Below, piece by piece: positions 50,144 through 60,298 of a DNA stretch of 64,000 nucleotides; the stretch's first letter is position 1, and each line of letters opens with the position of its first letter. Position numbers and translations under genes: made by a program. The notes under the pieces were generated by a model. The model was not told where the DNA came from. It ran no database searches and saw only the letters and a program-made list of their open reading frames with translations. This DNA is from an uncultured candidatus Porisulfidus sp. (GTDB lineage: Bacteria > Pseudomonadota > Gammaproteobacteria > Poriferisulfidales > Poriferisulfidaceae): contig OZ241993.1 in the NCBI GenBank assembly GCA_965204575.1, positions 1 through 64,000 of the forward strand. The letters are read 5' to 3'.

Positions 50144-50560
50144 ATGAGCGAAGAAGGCATCGTCAAGAAACTCATGTACGTCAACCGCAAGGCGCCGTAC
50201 GGCACGATCTATGCACTGGAATCCCTGGAAGTCGTCCTGATCGGCGCGGCATTCGACCAGCAGGTCAGCCTGGCCTTCGTCGACGACGGCGTGTACCAGT
50301 TGACCCGGAGCCAGAACACCGACGGCATCGGCATGAAGAACTTCTCTCCGACCTACGCCGCGCTCGGCGACTACGACGTCCGCCACATCTACGTGGAACG
50401 CGAGTCGCTGGAGGCGCGCGGGCTGACGGTCGAGGACCTGATGCCGCTCACCTACGAAGACGAAGACGACGACTGGGCGGAGAAGGAATCTCTGCGAATC
50501 GTCGACAGCAGCGAACTGGCCGCGGTGATGAGCGAACAGGACGTCGTGCTGAGTTTCTGA
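50144..50560 (+). CDS. dsrF: DsrF
   Basis: RKAPYGT, AAFDQ, DDGVYQL, ESLEARGL. Confidence 0.95.
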   Translation: MSEEGIVKKLMYVNRKAPYGTIYALESLEVVLIGAAFDQQVSLAFVDDGVYQLTRSQNTDGIGMKNFSPTYAALGDYDVRHIYVERESLEARGLTVEDLMPLTYEDEDDDWAEKESLRIVDSSELAAVMSEQDVVLSF

Positions 50561-50562
50561 CC

Positions 50563-50871
50563 ATGAGCCTGCTGCACACCGTCAACAAGTCTCCGTTCGA
50601 GCGCAACTCGCTCGAGTCCTGCCTGCGGCTGGCCGAAGACGGCCACGCGGTGCTGCTGATCGAGGACGCCGCCGTGGCGGCCCTGGACGGCACCGCACAC
50701 ATGGAAACGATCAAGAACGCAACCGGGCGCCTGTCCATGTACGTGCTGGGCCCCGACCTTGACGCGCGCGGTCTTTCGAGGGACCGCGTCATCGACGGCA
50801 TTGAAGTCGTCGATTACGACCGATTCGTGACGCTCGCGTGCGAACACGACAGCGTCCAATCATGGCTATAA
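50563..50871 (+). CDS. dsrH: DsrH
   Basis: LHTVNKSPF, LLIED, DLDARG, VDYDRFV, VQSW. Confidence 0.95.
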   Translation: MSLLHTVNKSPFERNSLESCLRLAEDGHAVLLIEDAAVAALDGTAHMETIKNATGRLSMYVLGPDLDARGLSRDRVIDGIEVVDYDRFVTLACEHDSVQSWL

Positions 50872-50907
50872 ATTTTAAAACAGTCTCAACGAGACGGGAG
50901 TCACATC

Positions 50908-51240
50908 ATGCCCCTTGAAGTGAACGGCAAAAGCTACGAAACCGACGAAGAAGGCTACCTGGCCAACATCAACGAATGGGAGCCCGGACTGGCGGACGCC
51001 ATGGCCGAGGCGGACGGCACCAGCCTGGGTGACAACCACTGGGAAGTCATCAACTTTCTTCGCGAGTACTACGAGGAATACCAGATCGCCCCGGCGGTCC
51101 GCGTCCTGACCAAGGCGATCGGCAAGAAGCTGGGCAAGGACAAGGGCAACAGCAAGTACCTGTACGAGCTTTTCCCCTACGGCCCGGCCAAACAAGCCTG
51201 TAAGTACGCGGGCCTGCCGAAACCGACCGGTTGCGTCTGA
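50908..51240 (+). CDS. dsrC: DsrC
   Basis: C-terminal KQACKYAGLPKPTGCV with both cysteines. Confidence 0.97.
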   Translation: MPLEVNGKSYETDEEGYLANINEWEPGLADAMAEADGTSLGDNHWEVINFLREYYEEYQIAPAVRVLTKAIGKKLGKDKGNSKYLYELFPYGPAKQACKYAGLPKPTGCV

Positions 51241-51282
51241 CCGGCGCGCGGCCGCCCGCCGGCGGCCCCGACGCACGTTGAC

Positions 51283-52020
51283 ATGGATGCAGCAAGCCTG
51301 GCTTTGACCTTCCTCTTTTACGGCGCCACCCTGGTGCTGGTGCTGGGTGTCGCCCTGCGCATCCGCCGGTACGCCACGGTTCCGGCCCCCCTCAAGATCC
51401 CGACCACGCCGGCTCCGACCAGCCGCACCGGCGTCGCCCTGCGCATGCTCCGGGAACTGACCCTGTTCGAGAGCCTGTTCAAGTCGAACAAGTGGATCTG
51501 GCTGTTCGGCTGGATGTTCCACTTCGGCCTGCTGCTGGTGCTGCTTCGCCACCTGCGCTACTTCACCGATCCCGTCTGGGGCTGGGTGGCGTTCCTGCAA
51601 CCGTACGGGAAGTACGCCTCCCTGATGATGGTGATCGGGCTGCTGGGGCTCTGGTTCCGGCGCGTGGCGGTCGACCGGGTGCGCTACATCTCCGCACTGT
51701 CCGACCACCTGATGCTGGCCCTGCTGATCGCCATCGGCGCCACCGGCATCGCCATGACCTTCGCCGTCGGCACGGACGTGGTTGCCGTCAAGGCATTCTT
51801 CCTCGGGCTGATGTGGTTCGACTGGCAGCCGCTGCCGGCCGACCCGCTCCTCTACCTGCACCTGGTACTCGTCGCCCTGCTGATGCTGGTGTTCCCGTTC
51901 AGCAAGCTGCTGCACGCCCCCGGCGTGTTCTTCAGCCCCACCCGCAATCAGGCCGACAACCCCCGGGAACACCGCCACGTCTCCGCCTGGGCGCTGAAAC
52001 TCGAGAAAGGAAATGGCTGA
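51283..52020 (+). CDS. dsrM: DsrM membrane cytochrome b
   Basis: KIPTTPAP, WMFH, RHLRYF, FPFSKLLH. Confidence 0.95.
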   Translation: MDAASLALTFLFYGATLVLVLGVALRIRRYATVPAPLKIPTTPAPTSRTGVALRMLRELTLFESLFKSNKWIWLFGWMFHFGLLLVLLRHLRYFTDPVWGWVAFLQPYGKYASLMMVIGLLGLWFRRVAVDRVRYISALSDHLMLALLIAIGATGIAMTFAVGTDVVAVKAFFLGLMWFDWQPLPADPLLYLHLVLVALLMLVFPFSKLLHAPGVFFSPTRNQADNPREHRHVSAWALKLEKGNG

Positions 52021-53545
52021 ACAACCCGCCTTCGATGTCCCGGAACTCAAGCCGTACCCGGTCATCCCGAAGCTGGTCGAGGATACGATGGCGCACAGCC
52101 AGCCGTTCGTCGCCAAGCCCGACTTCCAGGAACCGCTCGGCTTCCCGGGTGAACTGGTCGACGACTGGCAGGACGTCGCGATCAAGAAGATGGGCGAGTT
52201 GACGGACCGTTACCGCTCGCTGCAGGTGTTCCTCGATTCCTGCGTCAAGTGCGGCGCCTGCACCGACAAGTGCCACTACTATCTCGGCACCACCGACCCC
52301 AAGAACATGCCGGTCGCCCGCCAGGACCTGTTCCGCAAGGTGTACCGGCGCCACTACACGTTCGCCGGCAAGTACCTCCCGTGGCTGGTCGGCGCCGAGG
52401 ACCTGACCGAAGAGGTGCTCGACGACTGGTACAAGTACTTCCACCAGTGCTCGCAGTGCCGCCGCTGCTCGGTCTACTGCCCCTACGGCATCGACACCGC
52501 GGAGATCTCGATGGCGGCGCGCGAGGTCATGGATGCGATCGGCAAGGGCCAGAAGTACTGCAACGAGATCATCGGCAAGGTGCACACCATCGGCAACAAC
52601 CTGGGCCTGCCGGAACCGGCCCTGCTGGACACCCTGGAAGGCCTGGAGGAAGAAGTCGAGGAAGATACCGGCGTTGCGGTCAAGTTCCCGCTGGACCAGA
52701 AAGGCGCCGACATCCTGCTGGTGACCCCCTCGGCCGATTTCTTCGCCGAACCCCACGTCGACGGCCTGATCGGGTACGCCAAGGTCCTGCACGAGGCCGG
52801 GCTGTCCTGGACCCTGAGCTCGCACGCTTCGGAAGCCGCCAACTTCGGCATGTTCATCGGCAGCTACGAAAACATGCGCAAGGTCGCCCTGCGCATCCGG
52901 GAGGCGGCGCTGGACCTCGGCGTGAAGCGCATCGTGTTCGGCGAATGCGGCCACGCCTGGCGGGTCGCGTACAGCTTCCTCAACACGCTGGCCGGCCCCT
53001 TCGACTTCCTGGACCCCCGATACCCGGTCCCCCAGCACATCTGCGAAGTCACCCATGGCCTGATCCAGGAAGGCAAGCTCCGGCTCAACAAGTCGGAAAA
53101 CGACCACATGGTGCTGACCTACCACGATTCCTGCAACGTGGCCCGCGCCTCGCGCATGGGCGACATCCCGGGCGGACAGTTCGAGATCCCGCGCGCCATC
53201 ATCCGCGCCAGCTGCAACCATTTCTACGACATGCCGGCCGATACCGTCCGCGAAGCGACCTACTGCTGCGGCGGCGGCGGCGGGCTTCTGACCGACGACC
53301 TGATCGAGTTGCGCGTCAAGGGCGCCCTGCCCCGCATGGAGGCCCTCAAACAGGTTGTCGAGGACCACGGCGTCACCCACATGGCCGCCATCTGCGCCAT
53401 CTGCAAGAGCCAGTTCGCCAAGGTCCTGACCTACTACGGATTCCAGATGGACCAGATCGTCAGCGTTCACCAGTTGGTGAGCGAGGCCGTCATCCTGACC
53501 GGAAGCGAACAAGAGAAAGAGGCCGAGATGAGCGAGGCCGCTTGA
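52013..53545 (+). CDS. dsrK: DsrK
   Basis: CVKCGACTDKC, CSQCRRC, GECGH, CCGGGGG, CAIC. Confidence 0.96.
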   Translation: MAEQPAFDVPELKPYPVIPKLVEDTMAHSQPFVAKPDFQEPLGFPGELVDDWQDVAIKKMGELTDRYRSLQVFLDSCVKCGACTDKCHYYLGTTDPKNMPVARQDLFRKVYRRHYTFAGKYLPWLVGAEDLTEEVLDDWYKYFHQCSQCRRCSVYCPYGIDTAEISMAAREVMDAIGKGQKYCNEIIGKVHTIGNNLGLPEPALLDTLEGLEEEVEEDTGVAVKFPLDQKGADILLVTPSADFFAEPHVDGLIGYAKVLHEAGLSWTLSSHASEAANFGMFIGSYENMRKVALRIREAALDLGVKRIVFGECGHAWRVAYSFLNTLAGPFDFLDPRYPVPQHICEVTHGLIQEGKLRLNKSENDHMVLTYHDSCNVARASRMGDIPGGQFEIPRAIIRASCNHFYDMPADTVREATYCCGGGGGLLTDDLIELRVKGALPRMEALKQVVEDHGVTHMAAICAICKSQFAKVLTYYGFQMDQIVSVHQLVSEAVILTGSEQEKEAEMSEAA

Positions 53546-53567
53546 AGACCACTCCCAGGAGAACCCC

Positions 53568-55526
53568 ATGAGCAGTTCAAACGAGTCCCCAATGGAACAG
53601 AAACTCACCTTCCGTCGTTTTGAGGACGACGACTATCAGTGGTCCAGGCCGGGAGACTCGATCTTCGAGGCGGATCATTCGCACAAGTGCCCCACCTACG
53701 TGCACCGCACGCCGCCGTGCCAGGGCAGTTGCCCGTCCGGCGAGGACATCCGCGGCTGGCTGGACATCGTGCGCGGCATCGAGACCCCGCCGGAAGGCAT
53801 GAGCATGCAGGAGTACGCCTTCCGCCGCTCGACCGACGCCAACCCGTTCCCGTCCATGATGGGCCGGGTCTGCCCGGCCCCGTGCCAGGACGGCTGCAAC
53901 CGCAACCACGTCGAGGATTTCGTCGGCATCAATTCGGTCGAGCAGTACATCGGCGACTCGGCCTACGACGAGGGCTTCACGTTCGAACGCCCCGAGCAGA
54001 CCAGCGGCAAGCGGGTCGCCGTCATCGGCGGAGGCCCGGCGGGCCTGGCGGGCGCCTACCAGTTGCGCCGCCGCGGCCATGCCAGCACCGTCTTCGAGAG
54101 CCAGGAGGAACTCGGCGGCATGATGCGCTACGGCATCCCCGGCTACCGCACGCCCCGCGCCTACCTGGACCGCGAGATCGAGCGCATCCTGGAGATGGGC
54201 GACATCGAGGTGCGCAACAACACCAAGGTCGGGACCGACGTCACCATCGAGGAGCTGGAGAAGGAATTCGACGCCATCCTCTGGGCGGTCGGCTGCCAGA
54301 CCGGACGCAAGTTGCCGGTCCCCAACAGCGACGCCCCGAACTGCATCTCCGGTGTCGCCTTCCTCGAAGCCTTCAACAAGGGCCACCTGCAGGTGACCGC
54401 CAACCGCGTCATCTGCGTCGGCGGCGGCGACACCTCCATCGACGTGGTCTCCGTGGCACGACGCCTCGGCAAGATCCAGAGCATGGACGAAAAACTGCGC
54501 CCCGAGCACGTCGTCGGCGGATACGTGGCGCACGATTCCGCAATGGCCGCGGCCCGCGAAGGGGCCGACGTGACGCTCACTTCCCTGTTTCCCAAGGAAG
54601 AGATGACCGCGGCCGAGCACGAGGTGCACGATGCCCTGCACGAAGGCGTCACCATCCGCGATGGCGTCATGCCGGTCGAGGTGCTGCTGGACGACACCGG
54701 CCGCGCCCGCGCCCTGAAAATGGCGGAATGCACCATAGAGGAAGGCCGTCCAAGCCCCGTGGAAGGCACGGAATTCGAGATCGAGGCCGACCTGATCGTG
54801 TCCGCCATCGGCCAGGGCGGCGACCTCGGCGCAGGCCTGGCGGAACTCGACAACGGCCGCGGCCTGATCGACGCCAGCAAGTTCTTCGAGGTCGAAGGCC
54901 GGCCCGGGCATTTCGTGGCGGGCGACATCATCCGCCCGCACCTGCTGACCACCGCCATCGGGCAGGCATCCATCGCCGCCGAAGGCATCGACCAGTACCT
55001 GAAGCAGGCCGAACTGCGCAAGCGCCCGAAGGTGGACGTGCATCACTTCGACCTGCTGGCAAAACTGAGCGAGGCCGGGCTGGACCCCACGCCCTACGAG
55101 GTCGGCGAGACCCGGGGCACCTGCGACAGCGACTTCTCGGTTCACAACTACGAGGACCGCTCCAGCCAGGAGATCATCACCCACGAGAAGCTGTTCCTCG
55201 CCCACTTCCCCTATCAGTCCCGCACCCTGCGAGGCGAATCCGGGCCCGACAGCGAGGCCGTGCTGGGTCACTTCGAGGAACGCGTGATCGGCCTGAACGA
55301 AGAGGAGGCGGTCGCCGAGGCCGGACGCTGCATGAGCTGCGGCATGTGTTTCGAGTGCGACAACTGCGTCGTGTTCTGCCCTCAGGATGCCGTGTTCCGG
55401 GTCAAGAAGGACGAGCATACGACCGGACGCTACGTTGACACCGACTACGACAAGTGCATCGGCTGCCATATCTGCGCCGACGTCTGCCCGACCGGCTACA
55501 TCGACATGGCTCTGGGAGAGCATTAA
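53568..55526 (+). CDS. dsrL: DsrL iron-sulfur flavoprotein
   Basis: PPCQGSCP, GGGPAG, GGGDT, C-terminal ferredoxin motifs. Confidence 0.95.
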   Translation: MSSSNESPMEQKLTFRRFEDDDYQWSRPGDSIFEADHSHKCPTYVHRTPPCQGSCPSGEDIRGWLDIVRGIETPPEGMSMQEYAFRRSTDANPFPSMMGRVCPAPCQDGCNRNHVEDFVGINSVEQYIGDSAYDEGFTFERPEQTSGKRVAVIGGGPAGLAGAYQLRRRGHASTVFESQEELGGMMRYGIPGYRTPRAYLDREIERILEMGDIEVRNNTKVGTDVTIEELEKEFDAILWAVGCQTGRKLPVPNSDAPNCISGVAFLEAFNKGHLQVTANRVICVGGGDTSIDVVSVARRLGKIQSMDEKLRPEHVVGGYVAHDSAMAAAREGADVTLTSLFPKEEMTAAEHEVHDALHEGVTIRDGVMPVEVLLDDTGRARALKMAECTIEEGRPSPVEGTEFEIEADLIVSAIGQGGDLGAGLAELDNGRGLIDASKFFEVEGRPGHFVAGDIIRPHLLTTAIGQASIAAEGIDQYLKQAELRKRPKVDVHHFDLLAKLSEAGLDPTPYEVGETRGTCDSDFSVHNYEDRSSQEIITHEKLFLAHFPYQSRTLRGESGPDSEAVLGHFEERVIGLNEEEAVAEAGRCMSCGMCFECDNCVVFCPQDAVFRVKKDEHTTGRYVDTDYDKCIGCHICADVCPTGYIDMALGEH

Positions 55527-55554
55527 TTCTGAACTCTGGGGTGATCTTCGCGCC

Positions 55555-55983
55555 ATGCGAGCAATCTTGCTCATGCTGTCAGTTGTCGCACTGACAGCGT
55601 TTACGGACGCTTCGGCTGAAGGGTTGGGGCCGTTTATCCCCAAGGCCAAGGGCGAACAATGCGTCGAACCCACCCAGGTGATGCGCGAGCGGCACTGGGA
55701 ATTCATCCTGCACCAGCGCGACGAGACCGTGCACAAGGGCATCCGCACCACCCGCCACTCCCTGAAGAACTGCCTGGAATGCCACGTGCAGGCGGACGAG
55801 GAAGGACGCTTTCCACGGAGTACCGAGCCGGCCCACTTCTGCACCAACTGCCATGTCTTCGCCGGCATCCGCATCGACTGCTTCGAATGCCACGCCGACC
55901 GTCCGCATGAGGCCTACGGCGCAATCCCCCGCCACTCCCGGCTGAGCCTGAACGACCTGTTCCGCAGGAGGGTCGTCCGATGA
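55555..55983 (+). CDS. dsrJ: DsrJ triheme cytochrome c
   Basis: Signal peptide; CLECH, CTNCH, CFECH. Confidence 0.93.
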   Translation: MRAILLMLSVVALTAFTDASAEGLGPFIPKAKGEQCVEPTQVMRERHWEFILHQRDETVHKGIRTTRHSLKNCLECHVQADEEGRFPRSTEPAHFCTNCHVFAGIRIDCFECHADRPHEAYGAIPRHSRLSLNDLFRRRVVR

Positions 55984-56702
55984 GCCTGGATTTCACCCGG
56001 CGCGAATTCCTGCAGGGGGCCGGCGCGGCCGGCGCCCTGACCCTCGCCCCCGGCGTGTTCCTGTACGCCAAGGACCCGGAAGCCCCGGTGACCGATGCCG
56101 TGCGCTGGGGACTGCTGGTGGACACCCGGCTGTGCCAGGAAGACTGCGATGCCTGCGTGACGGCCTGCAACGAGGAGCACAACCTGGAGGATCTCGGCCG
56201 TCCCGAGACCGATGCGCAATGGATCCGGAAACTGACCGTCCGCGACCCGCTCGGGGGGCGGACGATCTCGCTACCGATGATGTGCCAGCACTGCGAGCAT
56301 CCCCCCTGCGTGGATGTCTGCCCGACGGGCGCCTCGTTCCGCCGCGAGGACGGCATCGTGCTGGTCGACAAGCACACCTGCATCGGCTGCCGCTACTGCA
56401 TGATGGCCTGCCCCTACAAGGCGCGCTCGTTCATCCATGAAAACCTGACCGAACAGCTGCCCGACGCGCCGCGCGGCAAGGGCTGCGTCGAAAGCTGCAC
56501 GATGTGCGTGCACAAGGTCGATGCCGGGGAGAACACGACCGCCTGCGCGGAAGCCTGCCACAAGGACGGGCACCAGGCCATCCTGTTCGGCGACCTGAAC
56601 GACCCGGGCAGCGAGATCTCCAAGCGCATCCGGGAGTTCGGCGCGACCCAGATCCGGGCCGACCTCGGGCTCAACACCGGCGTACGCTACCAGAACCTAT
56701 GA
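55980..56702 (+). CDS. dsrO: DsrO
   Basis: Tat signal TRREFL; multiple 4Fe-4S motifs. Confidence 0.95.
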   Translation: MSLDFTRREFLQGAGAAGALTLAPGVFLYAKDPEAPVTDAVRWGLLVDTRLCQEDCDACVTACNEEHNLEDLGRPETDAQWIRKLTVRDPLGGRTISLPMMCQHCEHPPCVDVCPTGASFRREDGIVLVDKHTCIGCRYCMMACPYKARSFIHENLTEQLPDAPRGKGCVESCTMCVHKVDAGENTTACAEACHKDGHQAILFGDLNDPGSEISKRIREFGATQIRADLGLNTGVRYQNL

Positions 56703-57898
56703 GCATCGCCTCGACCCGCTACGCTACCCTGGATGCCGGCCGCAGCTACTGGGGCCTGCTCGCCGTGCTGGCGGGGGTGACTCTGGCCGGGCTGGCCGGA
56801 TTCCTCCACCTGGAGCACGAGGGCCATTGGATCACCGGCATGAACAACCAGGTCGTGTGGGGCATCCCGCACGTCTTCGCCGTGTTCCTGATCGTCGCCG
56901 CTTCCGGTGCCCTGAACGTCGCGTCCATCGCCTCCGTATTCGGCCAAGTTACCTACAAGCCATTGGCCCGCCTGTCCGGGCTGCTGGCCGCAGGCCTCCT
57001 GATCGGCGGCCTGGCCATCCTGGTGCTGGATCTCGGCCGACCGGACCGGCTGATCGTGGCCATGACCTACTACAACTTCAAGTCCATCTTCGCCTGGAAC
57101 ATCTTCCTGTACACCGGGCTGCTGGCCGTGATCGCCATTTACATGTTCGTGCTGTTCCAGCCTGCGTTCGCCCGCTGGACCCGGGCCGCCGGCATCCTGG
57201 CCTTGCTGTGGCGCTTGATCCTGACCACTGGTACCGGCGCCATCTTCGGTTTTCTGGTCGCCCGCCAGGGATACGACGCGGCCATCATGGCACCCCTGTT
57301 CATCATCATGTCGTTCTCGTTCGGCACGGCCGTGTTCCTGCTGGTCCTGGCCGCGGCCTGCCACGGTTCCGGACGCGTCCTCGGTGACGCCCTGCTGTTC
57401 CGCCTGAAGAACCTGCTCGCCGTATTCGTCTCCGCGGTGCTTTACTTCGTCCTGGCCTACCATCTCACCAACCTCTATGCCACCGAGCACCATGGCTATG
57501 AGGCATTCATCCTGAATTTCGAGAGCCTGTACTCGAAGCTGTTCTGGCTTGGACAGGTCGGCCTCGGTTCTCTCTTGCCGCTGGCCCTGTTCTACTCCCC
57601 GAAGACCCGGCACTGCCGCGTCAGCACGCTTGTCGGCGCAAGCCTGGTTATCCTCGGCGGCCTGATCCAGATGTACGTCATCATCATCGCCGGGCAGGCG
57701 TACCCGCTAGTCCTGTTCCCCGGCATGGAGGAAAGCAGTTCGTTCTATGACGGCGTAGTCGCCTCTTACATCCCGAGCATCTGGGAGTTCCTGCTGGGCT
57801 TCACCGGCGTCGCCATCAGCCTGATCGTTGTGGTCGCGGGTTTGGGCGCGTTGGGCATTCTCCCCGAAAACCTGTCGGATCCCGAGCCGACCGCCTAG
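56699..57898 (+). CDS. dsrP: DsrP (NrfD family)
   Basis: VVWGIPH, LDLGRPDRL, SIFAWN; ATGA overlap with dsrO. Confidence 0.93.
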   Translation: MSIASTRYATLDAGRSYWGLLAVLAGVTLAGLAGFLHLEHEGHWITGMNNQVVWGIPHVFAVFLIVAASGALNVASIASVFGQVTYKPLARLSGLLAAGLLIGGLAILVLDLGRPDRLIVAMTYYNFKSIFAWNIFLYTGLLAVIAIYMFVLFQPAFARWTRAAGILALLWRLILTTGTGAIFGFLVARQGYDAAIMAPLFIIMSFSFGTAVFLLVLAAACHGSGRVLGDALLFRLKNLLAVFVSAVLYFVLAYHLTNLYATEHHGYEAFILNFESLYSKLFWLGQVGLGSLLPLALFYSPKTRHCRVSTLVGASLVILGGLIQMYVIIIAGQAYPLVLFPGMEESSSFYDGVVASYIPSIWEFLLGFTGVAISLIVVVAGLGALGILPENLSDPEPTA

Positions 57899-57907
57899 GC
57901 TTTGCCC

Positions 57908-59284
57908 ATGCCCGGCCAGAACCGCCGGCTTTACCTGTCGGCAAGCCGGAAGTCCAGCGGAAAGACCTGTCTCTCCATTGGCCTCCTGCACACGCTCGGC
58001 CAACAAGGAATCACTGCCCAACCTTTCAAGAAAGGGCCCGACTACATTGATCCGATGTGGCTGTCCCGCGCCGCCGGGCAGCCCTGCTACAACCTGGACT
58101 TCAACACGCAAAGCCATCAGGAGATCCTCGACACCGCTGCCCGCGATTCCGCTACCGGCTGCACCCTAATTGAGGGTAACTTGGGGCTGTTCGATGGCAT
58201 GGCAGAGGATGGCTCTGATAGCAATGCGGCTCTCGCGAAGCTGCTGCAGGCGCCCGTTGCGCTCGTGTTGGACTGCGAGGGCATGACCCGGGGCATTGCG
58301 CCGCTGGTCCTCGGCTACCAGCAGTTCGACCCCGAACTGCAATGGACCGGCGTGATTCTCAATCGAACCGCCGGCAGCCGGCATGAATCCAAACTCCTCC
58401 ATGCCGTGGAGCAGCACACCGACCTGTCCGTGCTTGGGGCTGTTGGGAGATCCCCAGACATGGAACTGACCGAGCGCCACCTCGGGCTCATCACTCGTAC
58501 GGAGCAAGTCGATGCGGATCAGCGCATTGAAAAGATGGGCCGAGTCGTAACCGAGAACATCGATATCGAAAGACTGTTCAGTCTGGCGAACGGCCCGGAC
58601 ACAGCTCCAGTGACAGGAGCCCCGATATCTACGCCCGAGCCGAATTTACGCATTGGCTATGCCCAGGATGCCGCGTTCGGGTTCTACTACGCGGACGACC
58701 TGGAACGGTTCGCCCAGTTGGGTGCAGAGTTGGTGCCGTTTGACACGCTGCACGACACCAAACTCCCCGAGATGGACGGCCTGTGGCTCGGCGGCGGGTT
58801 TCCGGAAACCCAAGCTGAAGCCCTCTCAGCCAACACCCCCATGAAGGAAGCCCTGTGTGAGCGTATCGCGGCCGGATTGCCGACCTACGCCGAGTGCGGC
58901 GGCCTCATGTACCTGTCCAGGAAAATCTCCTGGGAAGGCCAGACTCACGAGATGGTGGGCGTCGTCCCCGGCGATTGCGTGATGGATTCACGCCCGCAAG
59001 GACGAGGGCTGGTGGAACTGGAGGCCACGGGTGACTTCCCCTGGCCCGATGTGCCCTCGGAGCTGCAGGTGCCCGCACACGAATTTCATTACTCGCGCCT
59101 TGAAAATCTGGATGGCGGCCTGCGCTGGGGCTGGCGGGTCCGGCGCGGCACCGGCACGGCCGAGGAAATGGACGGCCTGATCCTAGGCAACCTGTTTGCC
59201 AGTTATTGTCACCTGCGTCATACGGAGCGCTTCGAGTGGATTCGGTATTTTCTTGAATTTGTGCGGAAATGTGAGGACATGTAA
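57908..59284 (+). CDS. dsrN: Siroheme amidase DsrN (CbiA/CobB-like)
   Basis: SSGKT, FKKGPDYID, ERHLGL, GGGFPE, AECGGLMYL, HEFHYS; last gene of dsr operon. Confidence 0.9.
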   Translation: MPGQNRRLYLSASRKSSGKTCLSIGLLHTLGQQGITAQPFKKGPDYIDPMWLSRAAGQPCYNLDFNTQSHQEILDTAARDSATGCTLIEGNLGLFDGMAEDGSDSNAALAKLLQAPVALVLDCEGMTRGIAPLVLGYQQFDPELQWTGVILNRTAGSRHESKLLHAVEQHTDLSVLGAVGRSPDMELTERHLGLITRTEQVDADQRIEKMGRVVTENIDIERLFSLANGPDTAPVTGAPISTPEPNLRIGYAQDAAFGFYYADDLERFAQLGAELVPFDTLHDTKLPEMDGLWLGGGFPETQAEALSANTPMKEALCERIAAGLPTYAECGGLMYLSRKISWEGQTHEMVGVVPGDCVMDSRPQGRGLVELEATGDFPWPDVPSELQVPAHEFHYSRLENLDGGLRWGWRVRRGTGTAEEMDGLILGNLFASYCHLRHTERFEWIRYFLEFVRKCEDM

Positions 59285-59382
59285 CTCTCAAAATATTTAA
59301 ATGTAATTCACTAAAAATAATGCCTTGATTTATTCTATAAGTAAGGATATACTTATAAAAGTAATGACACCTTTATTAATCA

Positions 59383-59622
59383 ATGCTTGAATCAACCATT
59401 ACCTCCAAGGGGCAGACCACGCTGCCAAAGCCTGTACGGGAAGCACTCGGGGCTTCTCCGGGAGACCGTGTACGCTACGTCATCCTTGATGACGGCATTC
59501 GAATCCTGCCTCTGCGATCAATCAAAACATTGTTCGGGGCATTCAAATCTCACTATAGTGGGCCGCCGGCAACGCTGGAAGACATGGATCGCGCCATCGC
59601 GAAAGGGGCATGCGAAGAATGA
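59383..59622 (+). CDS. AbrB/MazE-type antitoxin
   Basis: STITSKGQTTLPKPVREALG. Confidence 0.88.
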   Translation: MLESTITSKGQTTLPKPVREALGASPGDRVRYVILDDGIRILPLRSIKTLFGAFKSHYSGPPATLEDMDRAIAKGACEE

Positions 59623-60023
59623 TCGCGCTTGATACGAACGTATTGGTTCGTCATCTACTTGACGACGATGAACACCAAGCCAAGGCAGCGCGGAATCTGC
59701 TTTCGGAATTAACTCCCGAGCAGCCGGGCTTTATTTGTCGCGAAGTGACCGTCGAACTTGCTTGGGTTCTCCAAAATACCTATGGATTCTCCCGTGACCT
59801 AATCTCAGAAGCACTGGAAGACCTTATTGCCACTAAGGAACTCAAGTTTGAGGCTGCCGACGATGTTGTGTCCGCCATCAATCATTACAGAGAAGGCGGA
59901 GCTAGCTTGCCAGACCGGATGATTGTTGCAGCGTCAAAGCGGCGCGGAGCACATTCCCTTTTTACTTTCGATCAAAAGTTGGCGCGTCTTGAAGGGGTCT
60001 CTCTGCTGGGAGAGCCAGCTTGA
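59619..60023 (+). CDS. vapC: VapC PIN-domain toxin
   Basis: IALDTNVLVR, ELAWVL, TFD. Confidence 0.88.
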   Translation: MIALDTNVLVRHLLDDDEHQAKAARNLLSELTPEQPGFICREVTVELAWVLQNTYGFSRDLISEALEDLIATKELKFEAADDVVSAINHYREGGASLPDRMIVAASKRRGAHSLFTFDQKLARLEGVSLLGEPA

Positions 60024-60042
60024 AGATACTGTAAACGAAAGC

Positions 60043-60291
60043 CTACTTCATTAAATCATCGACACTGCGCCAATGAATCAATCCCTCTCCTGTCTGAGCT
60101 TGGCGAATGGCTTCACGAGTCTCCTCATTAGGGATATTCACCGGAAAAGGTAGACCTTGGCACAGAGCGACCTGTTTGTAGAACAATGTAATTGCTTCGG
60201 CCGCGGATAAACCGAGGGTCGAAAAGGCTTCTTCGGCGTCACGTTTGACGTCAGGATCTACGCGAGCTCGAATTGTTACAGTCTTGGCCAT
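60043..60291 (-). CDS. RelB/DinJ antitoxin (orphan)
   Basis: IRARVD, GLPF..PNEETREAI; no toxin downstream. Confidence 0.85.
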   Translation of the reverse strand: MAKTVTIRARVDPDVKRDAEEAFSTLGLSAAEAITLFYKQVALCQGLPFPVNIPNEETREAIRQAQTGEGLIHWRSVDDLMK

Positions 60292-60298
60292 GAAGTCC

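Noticed and set aside
47324-55874. Long antisense ORFs (e.g. 47324-49771, 53577-55874)
   Set aside because: Shadow frames of high-GC3 dsr genes with no recognisable motifs.
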